Assembly (NCBI GenBank): GCA_965603825.1
Contig: CBFDEM010000040.1
Location: forward strand, 434,001-498,000
Source of the DNA: Blepharisma stoltei ATCC 30299
Taxonomy: Eukaryota; Protista; Ciliophora
Direction: 5' to 3'
Length of the DNA stretch: 64,000 nt
Shown: piece after piece, positions 60,075 to 64,000 of the stretch
Numbering within the stretch: the stretch's first letter is position 1
Layout of the letters: every line of letters begins with the position of its first letter
Notes under the pieces: model-generated
Told to the model about the DNA's origin: nothing
What the model saw: only the letters and a program-made list of their open reading frames with translations
Database searches by the model: none
Position numbers and translations under genes: made by a program

Positions 60075-61751
60075 ATGAATCCTAAAAGACTCAGCTATGT
60101 TTCAGGGATAGGAAAAAAGCTCCTTGGAAATACTATTGGCGATATGCTGAGAGAAACTACAAGGAAATTTCCTAACAATGACGCTCTTCTAAGTTTGCAC
60201 GAAAACACAAGATGAAATTATAGTGAATTTTTGCAACGCTCAGAACACATTGCTGAAGGCCTGCTAGCTCTAGGGCTCCCTCGCCAAAGTAGAGTTGGGA
60301 TTTTCTCTCCAACTTGTAAAGAGTGGGCTTTAGCTCAGTTTGGGACCGCTTTAGCTGATTTAATCCTCGTTAATATAAACCCAGGATCTCAGGTCTCTGA
60401 ACTCGAATACATGCTTAACAAAGTCCAAGTTTCTGCCCTTATCATGCCTCCTGGGTTCAGGAACGCAAATTACATTAAAATGATTGAAAATTTAGCTCCA
60501 GAAATAAATTCTTCGAAAATCGGTGAGCTTTCTTCAGTTAAACTGCCCCATTTGAAGCATTTAATTTTGATCGGAAATGAAAGCCATAAAGGAATGATGA
60601 GTTTTGATGAGCTATACCATCAAAAAACCAAAGATTACAATAAAATTACGCATGATATCTCCTTTGATGATCCATGCGATATAATCTTTACTTCAGGTAC
60701 TACTGGAAAACCAAAAGGGGTCGCACTTTCACATCATGGAATCGTAAACTGCACATGAAACACCACTGAAACTGGAATGCTAGGATGGAATGAGACGGAT
60801 AAAGTTATTATTGGGGTTCCTTTATACCACGTTTTTGGAACATTAGCAAATGTTTGCTGTGTTTTAAGAGGATCTGCTATGGTCTATCCAGATTACAGTT
60901 TTAAGCCAGGGCTTATTATGGATATTGTTGAGAACGAAAAGATCACCGCATTATTAGGAGTCCCGACTATGTTCCAGCTGTATCTTCATGAACAAGAAAA
61001 GCAAAAAAGGAATGTAGAGTCGCTTAGAACTGCATTTATGGCTGGATCTGCAATTGACAGGGAAACTTTAAATAGGATCATAAATGAGCTCCATATAAAA
61101 TCTGTCACAAACTCCTATGCCATGACTGAATGCTCTGGACCAATTTTTCAGATGTTGGAGAGCTCAAGTTTTGAAAAAAGAGTGAACACAGCAGGAGCTA
61201 TTCATCCAAATATTGAAGCAAAGCTTATCAATAAAAAAGGCAAAATTGTTGAAAGAGGAGAAGTAGGAGAAATTTGCATCAGAGGATATTCAGTATTTAA
61301 ACATTACTGGGGTGATGAAAAAGCAACTAAAGAAACCATTGATCATAATGGATGGATGCATTCAGGAGATTTAGGAACTTTAGATGAAGATGGGTACATT
61401 AGGATTGTTGGGAGGAATAAGGATCTCATTATAAGAGGAGGTGAAAACATTTATCCAGCTGAAATTGAAGAACTCTTAATGAAGCATCCTAATATTGAAG
61501 TGGCTTCAATATTTGGGATCCCAGATCACATAGGAGGAGAGCAAGTGTGTGCCTGGATCAAAATGAAGCCAGGAAAACCAGAAATTAGTTATGCAAGCGT
61601 AGTGGAGTACCTCAAAGGTAAACTCTCTGACTACAAAATTCCAAAATCCATGAAAGTAGTCAATTCTTTTCCAATAACAAGTTCTGGAAAAATAATGAAA
61701 TATGTCATGAAGGACATGCACATACAAGAATTGAAGAATAAGAATGAATAA
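60075..61751 (+). CDS. ACSF2: Acyl-CoA synthetase (AMP-forming), ACSF2-like
   Basis: LSYVSG..TIG start, LVNINP, FTSGTTGKPKG, YAMTE, GWMHSGDLG, IIRGGENIYP. Two TGA-Trp codons. Confidence 0.88.
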
Positions 61752-61982
61752 AAAATTAGGATTAAATTATTATAATGGACATAAAAATATATTTAAAAGC
61801 GATAAGAAAGATTCAAAAACTAATAAATTTATAAACGAAATCTTTCTAGCCTTATGATATCGACTCACTTTCCTCTTGAAGCTCAAAATCGTTTGCTTAA
61901 TATCTGCCCATAAAACGCATAAGTTCTATTCAATACTAATTATTCATATCTTTTCTTATTATTTTAGCCGATAAAAATGGTT

Positions 61983-62018
61983 ATATCCGTTTCCCAATAT
62001 GGTTCACTCAAAACGGAT
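61983..62018. promoter_or_regulatory. Paired copies of the cluster motif upstream of acyl-CoA oxidase
   Basis: ATATCCGTTTCCCAATATGG (61983-62002) and inverted AAACGGAT (62011-62018). Confidence 0.5.
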
Positions 62019-62046
62019 TCAATATCGTTCTAATAAAAATTAATTC

Positions 62047-64000
62047 ATGGCAGAGCTAAAACGTCTCAATCTCATCAGCTCACACATCCTAGGGAACTTC
62101 AAATTCGAAACTAAAAGCAATTCCTTAGACCAGTATCGAGCTAGAGGGAAAAATTTCAACCATGACCTTCTCCGCCGCAAAACTTTTGAGCCATTCTACG
62201 ATATGTACACCTTAATCTGGGACTTGATGAAAGAAAAGCCAGACTTGTACGATCACAGCGTGGCTGCTGATTTTGACAGAGAAAAATTAAAAGAGCGCTG
62301 CCATAGACAAATCATGCATTTGTTCCCAAAATGTGGACTGAACCACGAGCTAAACCTTAAGAACCCAATTAAGAAAATTTCTATGTGTTTGGGATTCTGC
62401 ACAAATGATATCGTGCTTGGAACACGTACAGTTGTTCATATAGTGCTATATACAGAAGCTCTTACAAATTTAGGCACCGATAAGCATCTGAATTTGATTA
62501 ACAGAGCTTATACTCTTAAAGACTATGGCTGCCTTGGCATGACTGAGATTGGCCATGGTTCAAATGTGGCTAGTATTGAAATTACAGCTACTTATGATAT
62601 GGCAACCAGGGAATTCGTGATTAATTCACCTACCCCTACTGCTGTTAAGTGGTGGATTGGAGCTGTAGGGAAAACATCCAATATGGCTGTTATTTTTGCA
62701 CAGTTGATTTTGAAAGGAATCAACTATGGAGTGCATGCTTTTGCAATACCAATAAGGGACTATGAAACACATAAAATCTTAGATGGAATCATTATAGGCG
62801 ACTGTGGCCACAAATTAGGAGTCCAAGGCATTGACAATGGCTTCATGATTTTCAGAAATTACAGAGTCCCATATGACTGCTTTTTGGATAGATTTTCACA
62901 GGTTACACCTGAAGGACAATTTGCGAGCTCAATTAGAAATAACAAAAAAAGATTTGGAACTATGATAAGCTGTTTAATCAGAGGAAGAGTTGTGTGCATT
63001 GGAGGAATGGAAAGCTATGCTAGAAACGCTCTTACCATTGCGATTAGATATGGAGCTATAAGAAAACAGTTTGGACCTGATGGAGAAAGATCAATTTTAG
63101 ACTATCAACTTCACAGATATAGACTAATGCCATATCTAGCTAGGCTTTTTGCTTCAAATGCTGCTACAAAGTTCGTGTCGAGGTTATACAATTCCAGAAT
63201 TCCACTTATGAGGACTGATCCTGAATCACCATTGGTGACAGAATATCATTGGCTGATCACAGTATTCAAATCTCTTAGTACCTGGAATGCTTTTAAAACC
63301 ATTCAAGAGTGCAGAGAAGCATGCGGTGGACATGGATATTCCACATATGCTGGCTTCAATAAGCTCAAGCAAGATGCTGATGTAGTTTGCACCTTTGAAG
63401 GCGATAACAATGTTATTATCCAGCAAGCTGAAAGATACATTCTTCAAGCAGCTCAAGTAAGAGCAGCTAATAAGCCAATTGCATCCCAATACTTGCAATT
63501 CATTAATCTCCAGCCAGCAAAGCCAAAAATTGAATGTGCCGAGCACTTAAAGCACCCTGAAGTTTTAATATCTCTTCTTGAATACCGTTGCAACTACTAC
63601 CTTGTCAATGCCGTTAACAAGCTCCAAGAAAACATGGGGAGATTTTCTGATATGGACTCTACATGGAACAATACCCAGGTTAGGTACTTGTTTGTTCTTC
63701 CTCAAGTATTTGGAGAACTGTTGATGCTGAAGGAATTAAACAATTTCGTGAAAGAACTCCAGACTTCCTGTCCAGCCACTGCTCAAATAGTGCAAAGTAT
63801 CATGCTCCTATATGGAGTCCATGTCCTTGAAAACGAATCAGGGATGATTAAGACTCAATTTACTGAGAACGAAGTTAGGTGGATCAATGACACTGTAATT
63901 GAGCTTTGCAATGAGGTAGGGGAAAATGCAGTAAACATTATGGATGCTGTAGCGTTCCCTGATCATGTAGTTGCATCAGTTCTAGGACATAGTGATGGGC
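62047..64000 (+). CDS. ACOX: Peroxisomal acyl-CoA oxidase (3' truncated; missing from ORF track because it has no stop in the window)
   Basis: MAELKRLNLISSHI start, GCLGMTEIGHGSNV, KWWIG, GIDNG, ECREACGGHGY, TFEGDNNV. Confidence 0.93.
   Translation, partial: MAELKRLNLISSHILGNFKFETKSNSLDQYRARGKNFNHDLLRRKTFEPFYDMYTLIWDLMKEKPDLYDHSVAADFDREKLKERCHRQIMHLFPKCGLNHELNLKNPIKKISMCLGFCTNDIVLGTRTVVHIVLYTEALTNLGTDKHLNLINRAYTLKDYGCLGMTEIGHGSNVASIEITATYDMATREFVINSPTPTAVKWWIGAVGKTSNMAVIFAQLILKGINYGVHAFAIPIRDYETHKILDGIIIGDCGHKLGVQGIDNGFMIFRNYRVPYDCFLDRFSQVTPEGQFASSIRNNKKRFGTMISCLIRGRVVCIGGMESYARNALTIAIRYGAIRKQFGPDGERSILDYQLHRYRLMPYLARLFASNAATKFVSRLYNSRIPLMRTDPESPLVTEYHWLITVFKSLSTWNAFKTIQECREACGGHGYSTYAGFNKLKQDADVVCTFEGDNNVIIQQAERYILQAAQVRAANKPIASQYLQFINLQPAKPKIECAEHLKHPEVLISLLEYRCNYYLVNAVNKLQENMGRFSDMDSTWNNTQVRYLFVLPQVFGELLMLKELNNFVKELQTSCPATAQIVQSIMLLYGVHVLENESGMIKTQFTENEVRWINDTVIELCNEVGENAVNIMDAVAFPDHVVASVLGHSDG

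Noticed and set aside
3-61751. Many genes apparently broken by stops (pseudogenes or selenoproteins)
   Set aside because: The breaks are TGA at Trp positions or lie inside 15/16-nt introns. None aligns to a catalytic Cys.
56-63546. Numerous short antisense or alternate-frame ORFs in the track (e.g. 9032-9418, 35497-35787, 63226-63546)
   Set aside because: They are shadows of real genes on the opposite strand or frame, with no motifs.
1-64000. CRISPR arrays, transposases, telomeric repeats, rRNA, prokaryotic operons
   Set aside because: None seen. The content is eukaryotic macronuclear-type sequence.

Overview
Gene-dense, AT-rich eukaryotic DNA from the macronuclear genome of a heterotrich ciliate, most likely Blepharisma. 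Two signatures are visible directly. (1) In-frame TGA sits at conserved Trp positions (SF3B1 IQ[W]RLNN and NFI[W]PNVFE, kinase D-x-[W]-S, SKI2 GVV[W]EE), while every complete gene ends in TAA or TAG, so UGA=Trp. (2) All 11 introns I can infer are 15-16 nt GT..AG with an A at position 10. The supplied ORF track is therefore fragmented. Rebuilt, the window holds about 40 protein genes and one tRNA-Met. Recognisable genes include SF3B1, MoaC, two CDPKs, HSP90, SERINC, LITAF, MFS, F-box/LRR, SKI2, a MARK/AMPK-like kinase, PARG, CEP135, RCE1, PDI-like, ArgRS, tesmin/CRC, CFAP96, SDR, RPS23, MTR4 and two kelch-like paralogs. The best candidate for an undescribed system is at 56.8-64 kb. It is a run of four acyl-CoA enzymes (two HIBCH/CHY1-like hydrolases ending in PTS1-like PRL/PKL, an ACSF2-like ligase, and an acyl-CoA oxidase with a PTS2-like signal). 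Their promoters share an AAACGGA(TAT)/(ATA)TCCGTT motif, including a perfect 23-bp inverted copy. Also notable are three apparent pseudoenzymes, gene-specific avoidance of UGA, and divergent ATGs only 11 bp apart. All annotation was done by eye; no searches were run.
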